Below, in pieces: positions 12,534 through 24,719 of a stretch of 64,000 nucleotides of DNA; position 1 is the first letter of the stretch, and each line of letters begins with the position of its first letter. The notes beneath the pieces were generated by a model that was given only the letters and a program-made list of their open reading frames with translations, did not search any database and had not been told where the DNA came from. Position numbers and translations under genes: made by a program. Source of the DNA: Ginglymostoma cirratum. Taxonomy: Eukaryota. The stretch spans positions 19,792,482 through 19,856,481 of the forward strand of contig JAHRHZ010000144.1 of the NCBI GenBank assembly GCA_024137785.1, read 5' to 3'.

Positions 12534-12883
12534 CACAGAATCATAGAATCCCTACAGTATGGAAACAGGCCCTTTGGCCCAGCAAGTCCACACTGCCCCT
12601 CTGAAGAGCATCCCATCCAGACCCATTCCCCTATCTCTGTATTTCCCATGTCTAACCCACCTAACCTAAACATCCCTGGGCACTATGGGCAATTTAGTAT
12701 AGCCAATCCACCTACCCTGCACAGCTTTGGACTGTGGGAGGAAACCAGAGCATCCAGAGGAAATTCACGCAGACACGGGGAGAATATGCAAACTCCACAC
12801 AGACAGTCACCAGAGGGTGAAATTGAACACAGATCCCTGGCACTGTGAGGCTGCAGTGTTAACCACTGAGCCACCGTGCTGCC
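12534..12883 (-). mobile_element. HE1-type tRNA-derived SINE nested in the LINE
   Basis: Reverse complement begins ggcagcacggtggctcagtggtta (A box) with a B-box-like gttcaattt; ends in the gattctatgattct tail; LINE sequence resumes on both sides. Confidence 0.88.
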
Positions 12884-13550
12884 ATGCTTTGTCCTGCTTT
12901 TGTGTACAATACATACCTAGGCAGTTTTCCACATTATTGGGTAGCTGCCAATGTTGTAACTGTACTGGAAGAGTTTAGCTAGGGGAGCTGCAAGTCTCTG
13001 GAGTATACACCTTCAGCGATATTGCTGGAATGTTGACAGAGTCCATCGCCTTTGCACTATCCAGTGTTCTCAACTGTTTCTTGATATCACGTGGAGTGAA
13101 TCGAATTGGCTGAAGATGGATATCTGTAATGCTGGGGACCCCTGGAGGAGGCCGATATCGATCTTCCACTCAGAACCTCTGGCTGAAGATTGCTGTGAAT
13201 GCTTCAGTCTTATCTTTCGCACTGTTGTTCAGGCCTCTTCCATCATTGAGAGTTGGCATATTTGTGGAACCTTCTCCTCCAGCATGTTGTTTAATGGTCC
13301 ACCATCATTCAAGACTGGATGTGACAGGACTGCAGGGCTTAGGTCTGGTTGTGGGATCGCTTAGCTCTATCACTTGCTGCTTATGCTGTTTGGTGTGCAA
13401 GCTGCCCCATCAGTAGCTTCAACAGGTTGACACCACATTTTTAGCTATGCCTGGTGCTACTTCTGGCATGCTTTGCTGCACTTTCCATTGAACCAGGGTT
13501 ATCCCCTGGTTCAATGATAATGGTTAAATGGGGGGGGGGGGGGGGGGGGG

Positions 13551-13650
13551 NNNNNNNNNNNNNNNNNNNNNNNNNNNNNNNNNNNNNNNNNNNNNNNNNN
13601 NNNNNNNNNNNNNNNNNNNNNNNNNNNNNNNNNNNNNNNNNNNNNNNNNN
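13551..13650. other. Assembly gap (100 N) preceded by a G21 run
   Basis: Seen directly in the sequence. Confidence 1.
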
Positions 13651-14137
13651 CCCAAGAGATGCTGGGCCATGAGCTGCAGATTATGCAGGAGTACAATTCT
13701 GCCGTTGATCGCTCACAGTGCCTTATGGATGCTCAGTCTTGAGTTGCTACATCTGTTCGAAGTCTGTCCCATTTAGTAAGGTCATAGAGCTACACAACGT
13801 GATGGAGGGTATTCTCAATTCCTCCTAGAATACCTTTTATCAAAGCAGTTTCACTGCAGAAGACTTCTAGTTCATTCGTTTTGACTTTCTTAATCCTGGT
13901 GATTACTCAGACTTGTTAGCATAACTGTTCTAATGCAACGGAAAAGTTAAAGACAGTTTATTAATGCAATTCAGAGGGAAACAAATCAACGATGCTATCT
14001 TAATTGCTAAAATTGTAATGTATTCAAAGTAATGGCATGTTATTCTCTTATGTCTGCAGCATGCCTGCAAACATGTTCTAAGTCACATCTGGCGCATTAA
14101 TACACCAAATTCAGAAGAACTTAAATTTATCCATAAT

Positions 14138-14348
14138 AAAAACCAAATGAACTGAAGATACTGTAAATCAGAAACAAAAACAGAAGTTGCTGACAAAGTT
14201 CAGCAGGTCTGGCAGCATCTGTGAAGAAAAAAATCAGAGTTAGCATTTCAGGTCCAGTGACCACCGGACCCGAAATGCTAACTGACCCTTTTTCTTCACA
14301 GATGCTGCCAGATTTGCTCAGCTTTTCCAGCAACCTCTGTTTCTGTTC
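14138..14348. mobile_element. Fold-back mini-element with 15-bp TSD
   Basis: About 85-bp inverted arms meeting at ggtccagtgaccaccggacc; flanks aaatttatccataat (14123-14137) and aaatttatccatgat (14349-14363). Confidence 0.8.
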
Positions 14349-14804
14349 AAATTTATCCATGATCATATATTACCGGGCACTGACGAATTGCCAAACTTTC
14401 CCAATTACATGTCATTTAAGGACTGTATACAAATATCAATATCTTCTGGAATTCTTAGCATTTCAAGACGACCGATTGGCTTGCTAGGTCATTCAAGAAG
14501 GCATTAAGAGTCAACCATATTGTTGTGTGTCTTGACTCGAGTGGTGCAATTCAAAACCATGCCCTACAGAAATAGCCAAGTCCTCTGGATTACTAGTTTA
14601 GTCACACTGCCACTACGCTTGAAAAACATTGGAATTGTCAAGTTTACAGTTAACAAAAGCATGGATGTCTGTTGCAGCAGCAGATAAGCTGAGAAAGGGC
14701 AGATTTCAGCAATGACAGTTGAAAATACACGGCCTTAGTGATAGCACAGTTTTGTGTTCAGAAACTCAACCCGGGATCAAAGGTTAGGAACAGTATGGTT
14801 CATG

Positions 14805-15725
14805 AAATCATAGAGTCACAGAATAATACCGTACACAAGAGGCCCTTTGACACATCGTCTCTACACAGATACGCGAGAAGCACTTGGCCTTCAACCTAAT
14901 CCCATTTACCAGCACTTGGTCAATAGCCTTAAAATGTTATGACATGCCTAGCTCACATGCAGGTACTTTTTAAAGGATGTGAACCAACTCACTTCTACTA
15001 CCCTTACAGGCAGCATATTCCAGGCTGTCACCACCCTCTGAGTCAAAAAGTACTTATGCATTTTCCCCCAAACCTCCTGCCCCTCACCTTGAACCCGTGT
15101 CCCCTCAACTGACTCTTCAACTAAGGGGAACAGCTGATCCTTGTCCACTCTCTCCATGCCCTTCAATCTTGTACACCTCAATCAGATTTTCCCTTCATCA
15201 TTTCTGCTCCATTGAAAACAACCCAAACCTACCCAACCTTTCCTCATGACTTGAATTTTCCATCCAAGGCTGTATAGTGGTGAATCTCCTCTGCACCCCC
15301 TCCACTGCAATCACATCCTTCCTGTAATGTGGTGACCAGAACTGCGCTCAGTAATTTAGCTGAGGTCTCACCAAGGTGTTATACAATTCCATCACGATTT
15401 CCCTGTTTTGGTATATACCTCAACTGATAAAGGCAATCATTCCATATGCTTTTTTCACTACCCTACTAACATGCCCTTCATCTTTCAGAGATCTATGGAT
15501 AATCATGCAAAGATCCCTTTGTTCCACAGAAATTCCTAATGACATGCTGTTCGTTGAATACTTTCTTGTCAAACTACTCGTTCAAAGTGCATCACCTTAC
15601 ACTGTTCAGCATTTAATTCTATCATTTATCTGCCCAGTTGACCATCCCACTTATATCTTCTTGTAGCTCAAGACACTCAACTTCACTGTTAAACACCTGA
15701 CCAATTGTTGTAATAGCATCAAACA
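14805..15725 (-). mobile_element. CR1-type LINE 3' fragment
   Basis: Decayed peptides LKGMERVDKDQLFPL and FLTQRVVTAWNMLP. Confidence 0.8.
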
Positions 15726-16222
15726 ATTTCCACAGAACATAATGGAATTGGTAGCTAGTGAACAATGTCTCCTGCAAAGTTAGGGTTGGGGAGTGGTATC
15801 TGCAGTCTTCCCAATATTTAAATTGAGTAAATTATTATTGTTCAAACTCTGTATTTTAAATAAGCAGTCTGATAAATTAGCAACATCAAAAGGAGTTGAG
15901 AGGGATGGTGGTGAGATGAACCTTCATATCATCAGTACACACATGAAAGCTGACACACTGCTAGTGAATGATGTTGCTGAGTGCAAACAAGTCGCTAGGA
16001 AGTATGAACGGCAAAGGATAAATTATTTTGGAGACGCCAGAAGTAACGCTGGAAATGCTCAGGTCAGTGAACATCTGTAGAGAAGGGATCAGAGTTAACA
16101 TTTCAGTTTGATGACATTCCATCAGAATTGGTTGAAATTAGAAACATTAAAAGGTTTTGAACAAGTAAAATTGTAGGGGGAAAATTAAAATGCGAAAGTC
16201 TGTGACAGGTGGAAGACAGAAG

Positions 16223-16576
16223 AACAGCGCAGTGGCTCGGTGGTTAGGACTGCTGCCTCGCAGCACCAGGGACTTGGGTTCGATTGCACAGTTGCTCGCC
16301 AGTGGAAATTTCACAGACATTCGCCCCAGGACTGTGTGGGTTTCTTCCGGATGCTCCAGTTTCCTCCCACAGTCCAAAGATGTGCAGTTTAGGTGAACTG
16401 GCCATGCTAAATTGCCCATAGGGCCCAGGGTTGTGCATGCTAGGTGGGTTAATCATGGAAAATGCAGGGACGGGGGAAGAGGGATGGGTCTGGGTGGGAT
16501 GCTCTTCGGACGGTCAGCATGGAGTCAGTGGGCCGAATAGCCTGCTTCTACATTGTAGGGATTGTACGATTCTGTG
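16223..16576 (+). mobile_element. HE1-type tRNA SINE
   Basis: gtggctcggtggttag...gggttcgatt A/B boxes, conserved core cccacagtccaaagatgtgcag, gattct tail. Confidence 0.85.
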
Positions 16577-16836
16577 AAAACAACAAGAGCTGGTTATGCA
16601 AGATCAAAAGATGTGGCAATGGCACAGATCTGGTGAAAGATGCATCAGCCTAAAACGATAGCTGTTTTTCTCTCCACAGATGTTTTGAGTATTTCTTGCA
16701 TTTTCTACTATTTGTTCAGTGGTTGAATGCATCTTATGTTCAATGCGTATTTTTCTAAATTGGGTAGCTGATTAGAAATTTACATGTATGTCATAAATAA
16801 ACTGTTTTCACAAATTTAAAAAAAAAACTTTCTTAC

Positions 16837-18053
16837 CTTTGACGCCCACACAAACTCATTTTGGGTTTGCCCTCGTGGGATTTCCTCTTCCCCATTTTTC
16901 ATGGTTGATTTACTGTTATCCTCTTTGCTCTGCAAAAAATGATCGTCCAGTTTGTTCTTGATCCTACCACCTCTAGCTCGATAATCAGCTAAAAGCTTTG
17001 ACAAGCTCTGGTTATTTCCTAAGGAATGAGTTATTCTGGTACTCAGCAGATCATGAGATGGAAGAATTTGAGTGCTTTTTGCCTGCATATTACCATTCAG
17101 ACTTTGAAGGTTTGTCAAGTCCTTTAGTAGTTGTTTCTTCCTCCTGCATTCTATTTCCTTTATATCTTTGTGCAAGAGAGGGGACCAATAGACTTGTTCT
17201 GGGAAGTAACCTCTTGTTGGACACTTCATACCTTTCTCAGTCAATAGGAAAGGCTCTTTGAAAGTAATAAAAGGAGATATGCAAAGAATGACATCTTTAA
17301 GTTCCTGCTTGAATGCAACAGAGTAGGATTTCAACCGATCTTCAGAGGAAGTAACATGTTCAGTAATGAACAGATCTGTATCATCCTGAAGGGGATCACG
17401 GAAACGTTTAGGTCTGTTTCCGACAGATGGTTCAGAGTTATTTAACAAACTGGGTTGTTCACGTAAGAATGCATGGTAAGTGTCTGAAGGCCCTTGGTCT
17501 TTCTTGTTTTCAGATAAGATGGAGTCTATTACAGGGGCATGGACAGATGACGTCAAAGGAGGGTCAAGAAAAGGTGTCTCAAAATCTGGAGGGGCCATAT
17601 CAAGTGTGGACCCCTCAGGTTTTACAAAAATACTGTCTCTGGAAACACTTCTTCTCAATGGCTTCTCTTCTTCACAAAACGTATTATCTTTTGGATAGTC
17701 AAAACTGGCAGTTGGTGCAAATTCAGATCCCAAGGAAATGTCTTCAATTGGACCATCAGAGTCTTTGGAAAGACTGCCAAAGTTCTCATCAGTAAACAAG
17801 TCCTGTCCATCATTTTCAGCAGTCTCACCATCAATAATGGAATGAATTGATCCACTTTTAGATAAACTTGGGGGCATGGCAAACTCATCCATGAGAAAAG
17901 AAAGCTCCAGTCGAGAATGATAAGCTACACAGATCATGAATATAATAATTTCTTTCACTCTTGCTAATTCATATTCTGTAGCACCTCTCAGCTTCACAGT
18001 GCAGCCCAAATGTTGGGGGCAACCTTCAAAAAACATGAGTGTCTTTATGTGAC
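16837..18053 (-). CDS. PIKFYVE: PIKFYVE large exon (GHIKTLMFFEGCPQHLG...LLADYRARGG...FVWASK)
   Basis: Lies inside the 486-aa ORF; acceptor cacctag, donor AAG|GTAAGA; 1217 nt, phase 1-0. Confidence 0.96.
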
Positions 18054-18893
18054 CTAGGTGGAGAAAATGGAAATAAATTAGTGACATTTCCAAACTGTCT
18101 GTTACATTGCATACAGTAGCAAAGACATCCACATATAAAAGCTGCCAATCAGTACATTTTAATCCTGATCTGATGTAATCTGCAAACGCTCTTGATAATT
18201 TTTTTTTAAAAAAAAAATTGTTCCGTTTAAAGCTTTTTGCCAAACTGTCAAAGTAATCCTGTAAGAGGCCTTTCAAGATGGGTCGAATGGCCTTCTTCTG
18301 TATTGTAAATTCTATGATTCATAGCAGATTAAAAATCACTCCGTATGCAAGGCAAAACATGAATTAAAGCAAGAGCTGGCAGAATGCCACATTCTACTAA
18401 TTCCTATATTGGCTGTTTATGCCATAATTTGGAATTACAAATGCACGAAATAGTGAAAATGCTGGTTTGCAAATAGCATCAATAATTCCCTTACTATAGG
18501 AACAATAAATCGTTACGTCTATTTTATGTCTTGCAGAACTCAAAGTTTTTGCTTTTTATGAACAGGACAATTTTTAAAGAGTAATTAATTGGAATTTTCT
18601 AAGAACAGATGATAATACAATACATTGGGCTATAACAGTCTCCCAATTGTACCCCGAAGTTTACTCTGATTTTTAATTAATTGAAACTTCCCCAAATCGA
18701 GAAAGGAATAAAAAAGCAAACAATGGTTTTGTGGATATTTATTGCTCGAAAGATAGCAATGTAGCAAACTAGAACCTTTGAACTAATATCCAGTCTGCAC
18801 CTAGTTAGCTGTAAGGCCACTAACTTAGCAAGATGTGAAATATTAAAAAATTCCTATTTAATGTAAGCATTCTCTGAAAGGGGTCGGTGATTT

Positions 18894-18915
18894 GTATGTA
18901 TGTATGTATGTATGT
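18894..18915 (+). repeat. (GTAT)n microsatellite
   Basis: gtatgtatgtatgtatgtatgt. Confidence 0.9.
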
Positions 18916-19132
18916 GCGTGAGCATGTATAAGTGGTGTGGAATACGATAGAGGGCACATTAAGCGAGCAAAAAGAAAGGTTTCACTGCCACAACATTCTG
19001 AGGTGAAATGATTTACGAACATCCAATTGTCCAGCTCTCATACCACCACAGAACTCACGTAACCACCACATAGCCTCTTTCAGAAAAAGGAGCAAAAATG
19101 ATTCTGTAGAAGCAAGGTGCAAAATTACTTAC

Positions 19133-19259
19133 CATTAGGTAGTTGGAAGGGTTGAAGGAAAAATTTATGGCATGTTCCAAGACGAGGCTTTGTAAGAAGT
19201 TGGTCCATTGACATGACCAAATCACCCTGGGTAACACGACTCACTCGCTCTAGCACTTG
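19133..19259 (-). CDS. PIKFYVE: PIKFYVE exon (QVLERVSRVTQGDLVMSMDQLLTKPRLGTCHKF...PN)
   Basis: Acceptor tgcatag, donor G|GTAAGT; 127 nt, phase 0-1. Confidence 0.95.
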
Positions 19260-19766
19260 CTATGCACAAAAACAAATAAGATGTTCGCAGTCATCAGTTT
19301 CCACTGAAATAAAACTTGAAACGACACCGCTTACATCTCTCCCCATCAAAAACAGATTAAATCAGAAATAGCACACAATTTATAATTTTTTTTGCTTGTC
19401 AACCCAATCAGTGGTTCAGTGTGCCTGCACATTTCACTACATTTTCTTTGGACTAACCTAAGGACATTCAGCCAGATTAATAATGTCTTTTTTCCAAATA
19501 AGATTTGAAACACCAGCTGTATTAAGATAATAATATGAACTGCAGTGAAGTTCCTCAAAATACCACAGAAAAAGTACCTCAATCAACTTTTATAGAATTT
19601 CAAACTCACGGAAACATTTATTCAATTCAAACATATTTTGAATACCTACATAGCAGTTGATTTCCTTCGTATTAAATAAAAACATGAACCATATCAATTT
19701 GTACGGATAACGTATCACCAAAAAGTCAAGGTGTTAAATGCTGACTGACAAAATTGGGAAACTTAC

Positions 19767-19907
19767 TTGTTTTACGTTTATCACTAGGGTAATTCCATTT
19801 TCCAGAAGCATATCTTGAGCAATACGAGAAACAGTCTTTTCCACAAGAACCAGATTTGGTCGAACATCCACTATTCGTTGCACATAATTCTTCAGAAATT
19901 CTCTTTC
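19767..19907 (-). CDS. PIKFYVE: PIKFYVE exon (EREFLKNYVQRIVDVRPNLVLVEKTVSR...INVKQ)
   Basis: Acceptor tacttag, donor CAA|GTAAGT; 141 nt, phase 0-0. Confidence 0.95.
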
Positions 19908-20123
19908 CTAAGTACCATAATGAGGATAACACTTACTCTGTGATTTATAAACTATACATGATTAAGTGAAGATTTGAAAATCAAACTGAACTTTGTCTCA
20001 TCAATTAGCTTTCTGCAAAATAGTGCAGCTAACCTGCATCCAAATGCAGACTAGTATTTAGGAATGCACAACAGCAGTAAATGATTTTCACAAACAAGTT
20101 TTAACACAATTTAAAACACAAAC

Positions 20124-20231
20124 CTGTAGGACAATGGGATCTATGCATGTAAACTTTGTCTCCTCTCGATAGAGGTATTCAATAGAGCATTTCAACAGCA
20201 GAATCTTTGGATTTTTTATGTGAGGGTTCAT
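20124..20231 (-). CDS. PIKFYVE: PIKFYVE exon (MNPHIKNPKILLLKCSIEYLYREETKFTCIDPIVLQ)
   Basis: Acceptor ttcttag, donor CAG|GTTTGT; 108 nt, phase 0-0. Confidence 0.95.
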
Positions 20232-20348
20232 CTAAGAAATATTAGAACAATAGTTGTATTAAAAGGATACAAATGAGCACAATCATTTCAAGTAACAAAC
20301 TTTCAAATGTAAACAATAATTAGCAGATGACTGAAATTTCACTGTTAC

Positions 20349-20423
20349 CTTTTTATGAGCTATGTTCTTGGTACAAACGAACCCATTAACCACTGCAGAA
20401 TCAAACTTTTTGCCACCTGGTAT
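20349..20423 (-). CDS. PIKFYVE: PIKFYVE exon (IPGGKKFDSAVVNGFVCTKNIAHKK)
   Basis: Acceptor tttgcag, donor AAG|GTAACA; 75 nt, phase 0-0. Confidence 0.95.
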
Positions 20424-20492
20424 CTGCAAAGCAAAAACAAACAAATAGAGTAAATATTGGGATACATTTGATGTCTAGCAAGCAGTTCCATT

Positions 20493-20594
20493 TGTTCTGA
20501 GGAAAGATCACTCGACCTGAAATGTTAACTCTGATATCTCTCCACAGATGCTGCCAGACCTGCTGATCTTTTCCAACAATTTCTGCTTTTGTTT
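20493..20594 (+). mobile_element. Second family of hammerhead-motif short repeat
   Basis: gtt-CTGAGGA-a-AGATC actc GACCT-GAAA-TGTT-aac followed by the cacagatgctgccagacctgctga tail that is also at 14280-14345 and 26750-26820. Confidence 0.65.
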
Positions 20595-20699
20595 AAATCC
20601 ATTTGTTACTTAGAATTGAAAAGATTATTTTAAAATTAGTTTTATCATTAATCTATTCAAAAAGTGCATACAAGACTTGCGTTCATGATTTTATTACTT

Positions 20700-21095
20700 A
20701 TTCATTATGTAGCATTTGTTATGAACATGGAACATTCAAGCGCTTTTAAAGTGTTGTCAATGTAGGAAACACGACAGCTAATTTTTGCACAGCAAATTCA
20801 CACAGATAGCAATGTGATAACGACCAGATAATTTTCTTTTGTGATACTCATTGAGGGATAAATATTGTTCAGGGCATCGGGGATCCTATTCTCACTCTTG
20901 AAATGGTGGTATGCGACCATTTAGGTCCCTAGAGGAGGCCACAGAGGCAGATGTCTCATCTCAAAGCCAACACCTCTAATAATACTGCACCAGAACTATA
21001 GCTTTGAATTTTGTGCTCAAGTAGTGAAGTGTGACTTGAGCACTGAACCTACCGACTCAAAAGATGAGAGCACTACCCATCGAGCTACAGCCGAC
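20700..21095 (-). mobile_element. Old tRNA-derived SINE (probably Deu-domain/SacSINE1-like)
   Basis: tRNA-like head at about 21030-21095 on the minus strand; similar decayed copies at about 8140-8480 (+) and 41020-41280 (-); family assignment from memory. Confidence 0.5.
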
Positions 21096-21562
21096 AAGTA
21101 ATGGCTAAAAACAAAACCATTAGAAGTTCTAACAAGTAGAGATTTTTTTTGGTGGGTTGTGCTAACATGAATCTTTGTAAGCAGAACACATCTTTTAAAC
21201 CAAAAGGTAATTTGTATGGGTTGATTTTAAAATTCACTCGTGCAACACAGGCATCCCTGGCTGGCCAACATTTATTCCCTGTCCCTGGCTGCCATTAAGA
21301 AGGTACTGCTGAGCTACCTTCTTGAACTGCTGCAATCCATATTCTGTAGCTAGACCCATAAAGTCACTAAGGAGGGAATTCCATGGTTTTGACTCAGGAC
21401 AGTGAAAAAACGATATATTTCCAAGTTAGGATGCTGAGTGACTTGGAGAGGAGCTCGCAGGTGTTGGTGTTCTCATGTATCTGCTGCCCTTGTCCTTCTA
21501 GATGAAAGTGGTTGTGGGTTTGGATGGTACTGCACGTGAAACTCAGATTCAGCATTTGATAC

Positions 21563-21743
21563 CTTTTTTATATGAACAAATTGGCGGATATCCATGTCAT
21601 CATCATTGTTCTTGACATCTGGACGCACAGCCTGTACAACCTGGCGGACCACAGGAACAATTATGTCTCTCCAGGACAGTGAGAGGGACTCGCTATATAG
21701 CAGTTGCTGCAACAAGGCCATCATATGGCTATGGTTAGCTGAA
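21563..21743 (-). CDS. PIKFYVE: PIKFYVE exon, start of CCT-like domain (SANHSHMMALLQQLL...DIRQFVHIKK)
   Basis: Acceptor catccag, donor AAG|GTATCA; 181 nt, phase 2-0. Confidence 0.95.
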
Positions 21744-22736
21744 CTGGATGTGAAAAGATGATAGAAAATAGAAGTCAATGAATTTTTGAATGAACACACA
21801 TGCAATGAAGCAACTAATTTTCAAATTTTCCATATTCTTATGGCAATGTAAATTTAAACTGAAAACTGCATACATCATTAAAAGCACATACAAGACTAAA
21901 AATATTTTCCAACATAATATTAGAATTATGCTTAGAATGCTAGCAATTATTAAAATAGTGATAACACAAACTCTAACTTTCAAAGTAACATAAAAACAAA
22001 AAGTTTCCCGAAAACACTAATGTCTGTGTAAACAGAAATGACAAGAAATGGGCAACTGTAAATTAACTATATTTTTTACATACAGAGGGGCTAAACCTTC
22101 ACAAAGATTACCTATTGTTCACCAATTTTAAATGCAAGTTTGATTTCTTGTATATTGACATCAATATAAATTGATTGCAGTGTTGACAGGTATTTCTCCC
22201 AAGAGTCAAGATGGCGCCAACACCAGACAACCCTTTGCCAGTTCTCTACAGCAGATCTTATTCTCACATTTCTTATAACCGTTCTGCACTATTCAAACTA
22301 AATTCTAAATCTGCAAAAATTACTAATAACATTCTTGCTAATATTGATTGTACTTTGTGCAAAACCTGTGCAGTGTAACCTGTATGCCTTGTTCTTTCTA
22401 AGCACCCTCCGCCCTCTGTGTCCTTGTTTACTATGATCTGCCTGTATGCTCATAAAACAAAGCTTTTCACTGTACTTAGGTACATATGACTACAATAAAT
22501 CAAACCAAAAGCTTGTTTTTCCAGTGATAACACCTTTGCCGTAGGAAAAAAAGGATTTTAAACAGTGCTTCATGCGCCTCAAATATAAAAGTTGCATTGA
22601 ATAACAAAGATCATATAACGTACCAGAGGAAGTCGATTATTTTCTGCCTCATAGCGAAAAAAGGCAAGCTTTTATTTGGGAAAGATTGAATTAGAGCTAC
22701 AATTGACCACATTGTAGCTTTAATACGTGCACTCAC

Positions 22737-22866
22737 AGTAATCTCTCCATTGCTTGTTTCTCGCCATTTTCTTCCCTAAGATGTTCCAGGGAACTGTGAT
22801 GCCAACCAAGTGGTGTAAAAAGAAGATCTTTGGACTTTTCTTCAACACGACGATTAAAGAGAGATT
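22737..22866 (-). CDS. PIKFYVE: PIKFYVE exon (ESLFNRRVEEKSK...EENGEKQAMERL)
   Basis: Acceptor tctccag, donor CT|GTGAGT; 130 nt, phase 1-2. Confidence 0.94.
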
Positions 22867-23622
22867 CTGGAGATGTAGAGAAATAATTTAAAATGTATCT
22901 TCAAACTGCTTGAAAGGAAATATCAGAAATCAAGACCTTGATTATTTCTCTAGTGTATTTTAAATTCATCCAATATTCAACATCAACAAACCAATTAAAT
23001 AGTCATCACATTGCTGCTGCTGGCAGCTGGCTGTGACAAAATTAGCTACGTGTTCTACATTAAACGAGTACATTTCTAAGTACATCAATGGCTGTAGTGT
23101 TTGGGATGTCTGGTGGTCATAACATTTTAAAGCATTCCAAAGTCTTGAAATAAAGTGTTTAACAAATTGATTACCTTCAAAAGCAGAGTCACTGTCAATC
23201 AGGTAAAACACTTTACTGTGCACAGTTTACTTTTAAGTCAAACAGCAAATGACCAGATAACTAATGTTTTTAAACGACGTTGATCTTTGATATACGAGAA
23301 CAGATTCTTTAAATGGAGTTCAAGATTGATTACATTCACTTAGAAAGAAGGCAGGAATGTCTTAACTTTAAAAAAAGGCACTTTACTTGGTATTAACCAA
23401 AATTAATTCCAAAATTTTGGGACGAATTTAAACCTTCTGTCTCACGAGATATGTAAATTGAATAGATCAAACTCCTACAAGCAAAAACAACCAGTATATC
23501 TTGCAAAACTTATACAAGTCTTTCAGCTACTTAAGGAAAGTTCATACTCACAATTATAAACCTCTTGAACAAATCATTGTTATTTGATTCTTTATAAGTG
23601 TTATACCTAAATGCTTGCTTAC

Positions 23623-23685
23623 CTTTAATAAAAGCATCACTTATGCCAATGACCTGTTGTACTCCATCTTCAGATACCAAGAACT
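23623..23685 (-). CDS. PIKFYVE: PIKFYVE exon (EFLVSEDGVQQVIGISDAFIK)
   Basis: Acceptor ttgacag, donor G|GTAAGC; 63 nt, phase 1-1. Confidence 0.9.
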
Positions 23686-24719
23686 CTGTCAAAGGATATA
23701 ATTGACATGCGTTACCAAGCTGCAACACTAACAGCTGCACATTTGTCATCCACAATCAGCATTTTATTTTAATAATTTGTTTATAGTAGTGCAACAAGGG
23801 CAGTTTGTTATCACAAAACTAAAGTTTGAGTACTTTTATTTTATAAAAAGGTATTGCCCCATTCACAAAATACAAAATACTAAACCATTAGTCTTAGCTA
23901 TGTACCAAAAGGCCCTCTTTTAAAATGAAGGATTATGTGCAAATGCCAGCAGTCAACAATCAACAGAGAGGAGGCTAGACAAAACTTGATACTGCACAAC
24001 AAGATGAGAGAAGACAAAGACTAAAACCATAGATGCATATTACTGAGCAAATTAGGGTGCCTTGCAACAATGACTTTAGCTTAGGGAGACTGAAATAAGG
24101 AGATATTTGAATAGCAGTGGTACTGCGAGTGAACGTAGTAACTGCAGTTCAAATTGACAGGCCAAGAAAGGACAAAAAAAAAAGACAAATACAAATAAGG
24201 ACACAAAAGATCTTAATCAGCATAGCAAATAGAAAATGATATTATTTGCAAAAAGTGCTTGGTTAGTCATAGTTCAAAAGCCAGCTGCAAAGCATATATA
24301 AAAAATGATTACCATGCAGAAATCTGGTTTAAAAAAATACAGCAATGATAATACTATTCTTTTCTACAGGGACTAATGATAAAGCAGTGGGCCAGGAGGA
24401 GGCAGCAGTGAACAGGAGGAAAAATAATGAGGACTGTTTCATTGGCAAGCCAAGGTGCAAAGCCAGCCCAATCTTCACAGGCTTAAGGTTCACTCCTTCA
24501 ATTAACATAAAAGTTGTGTTTAAACAAAAACAGATTTTCTTCAAAGTAAATGCTGCAGTTCAAATTGCTAAACTAACCATAAGGTGTGAGCCATTGCTTC
24601 ACCTTCAGTTCAAATATAGTCTGTCGTGGGTATTATCTTCATCCAAAACATTGGAGTAAAGAACTAAACTTCATTCCTACCACTGTCTCTTTCACTGTGT
24701 TTCTTTCTCCCTTCCATAC

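Larger units (their letters stand above)
11205..13820 (-). mobile_element. Decayed CR1/L2-type non-LTR retrotransposon (RT region plus 3' tail), interrupted by a SINE and an assembly gap
   Basis: RT-like peptides ALDIKATFSQVWH and GVRQDRFLGITIFSCLINDL...MFAND (degenerate GVPQGS..GP / FADD); frameshifted. Confidence 0.85.

Noticed and set aside
16816-18276. 486-aa ORF as a stand-alone gene
   Set aside because: It is the large PIKFYVE exon (16837-18053) plus open intronic flanks; its N-terminal ~75 aa are intron.
21553-21562. Donor GTATCA as a U12-type intron
   Set aside because: It lacks the full GTATCCTT consensus.
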